From Octopus sinensis (Eukaryota): a stretch of 64,000 nucleotides of DNA. The DNA lies in the NCBI RefSeq assembly GCF_006345805.1, contig NC_043001.1:79174001-79238000 (forward strand), written 5' to 3'. A model generated the notes under the pieces. It saw only the letters and a program-made list of their open reading frames with translations. It had not been told where the DNA came from and did no database searches. The translations under genes were made by a program, and so were the position numbers. Shown piece by piece: positions 63,295-64,000 of this stretch. Numbering within the stretch: the stretch's first letter is position 1; the number at the start of each line of letters is the position of its first letter.

Positions 63295-64000
63295 GATAGA
63301 TAGAGAGATAGAGAGCGGGGGAGAATGAGCGGGAGAGAGTACGTCGTAGGTAATTAGAATGTGTCCAACTGAATTTCCGTCTCACGTGATACTTAATGAC
63401 AATTCAAATATAGAAAACACTTAACGTTCGAGTGTCGTGTGTGAAAATGGAAATCAAATATGAGAAACGAAATCATGATGGCGAATACTATTTCATATAG
63501 CTACACAGTAACACATAAGCAGACACAGACACACACAGAACGAAGAGACACATACACAAACGTACAAAGGGAAAGAGAAACAATTGAATGAGTGTAAAGT
63601 GTATATATTTTAATCACTTGCGGGGGAAAAAAGATGCTTTTATGTTTCTTGTGGCTTTGTTTTGAGTGGTTAAAGAGCGAACTGAATTTCATTGAATGAC
63701 AAGCAGACGATATTTCAAATATTCTTTTGATAAGAAAGGAGAAAATTAGGTATGACACTAGAGTTTCTATAGAAAATTTGGCTGGCTGGCTGACTGGCTG
63801 ACTGGCCGATATGCTGGCTGACAGGCTTGCGCTGGCTTGTTGGTTGGCTTGCTGGTAGCTTTATTGTTTGGTTGTCTGGTTGGTTGTTTGGTTCGTAAAA
63901 GGGCTGATTTGAGGACAGTGTTCTTGTCATATTTGCCGTTTGCTTCAATCGTATAAACACACAGGAACACACATACGCACACACACATACTCACACACAC
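62160..64000. repeat. Mixed (CA)n, (TA)n, (GATA)n, (GGCT/GGTT)n microsatellites with unique islands
   Basis: Direct. Confidence 0.8.

Overview
This is AT-rich eukaryotic DNA dominated by microsatellites ((TA)n, (GATA)n, (TAA)n, (CA)n, (CAT)n) and transposon debris. The SINE families and repeat landscape point to a coleoid cephalopod, probably Octopus (inference from recalled repeat families, not a database search). I found no prokaryotic features, CRISPR array, rRNA, bona fide tRNA or identifiable host protein gene, and most ORFs in the supplied track are microsatellite artefacts. Supported content: (i) at least four tRNA-derived SINE families, labelled A, B, D, E here; (ii) LINE fragments from the CR1/L2, L1/Tx1 and R4/Dong groups, plus a Penelope-like GIY-YIG end; (iii) mariner and maT/DD37D transposase remnants, MITE-like foldbacks and an LTR-like insertion; (iv) a ~557-bp non-coding element (F) found only in (TAA)n, always in the same polarity; (v) two complete type I hammerhead ribozyme folds (17974-18048, 61343-61443); (vi) a few unassigned candidate exons. 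The best leads are the two hammerheads, SINE-B concatemers with a fixed 183-184 bp junction and an L1/Tx1-like tail, the (TAA)n-targeting F/Dong system including an internally deleted Dong, and a mariner derivative with two 5' ends. All alignments and folds were done by eye; boundaries of degenerate elements are approximate.
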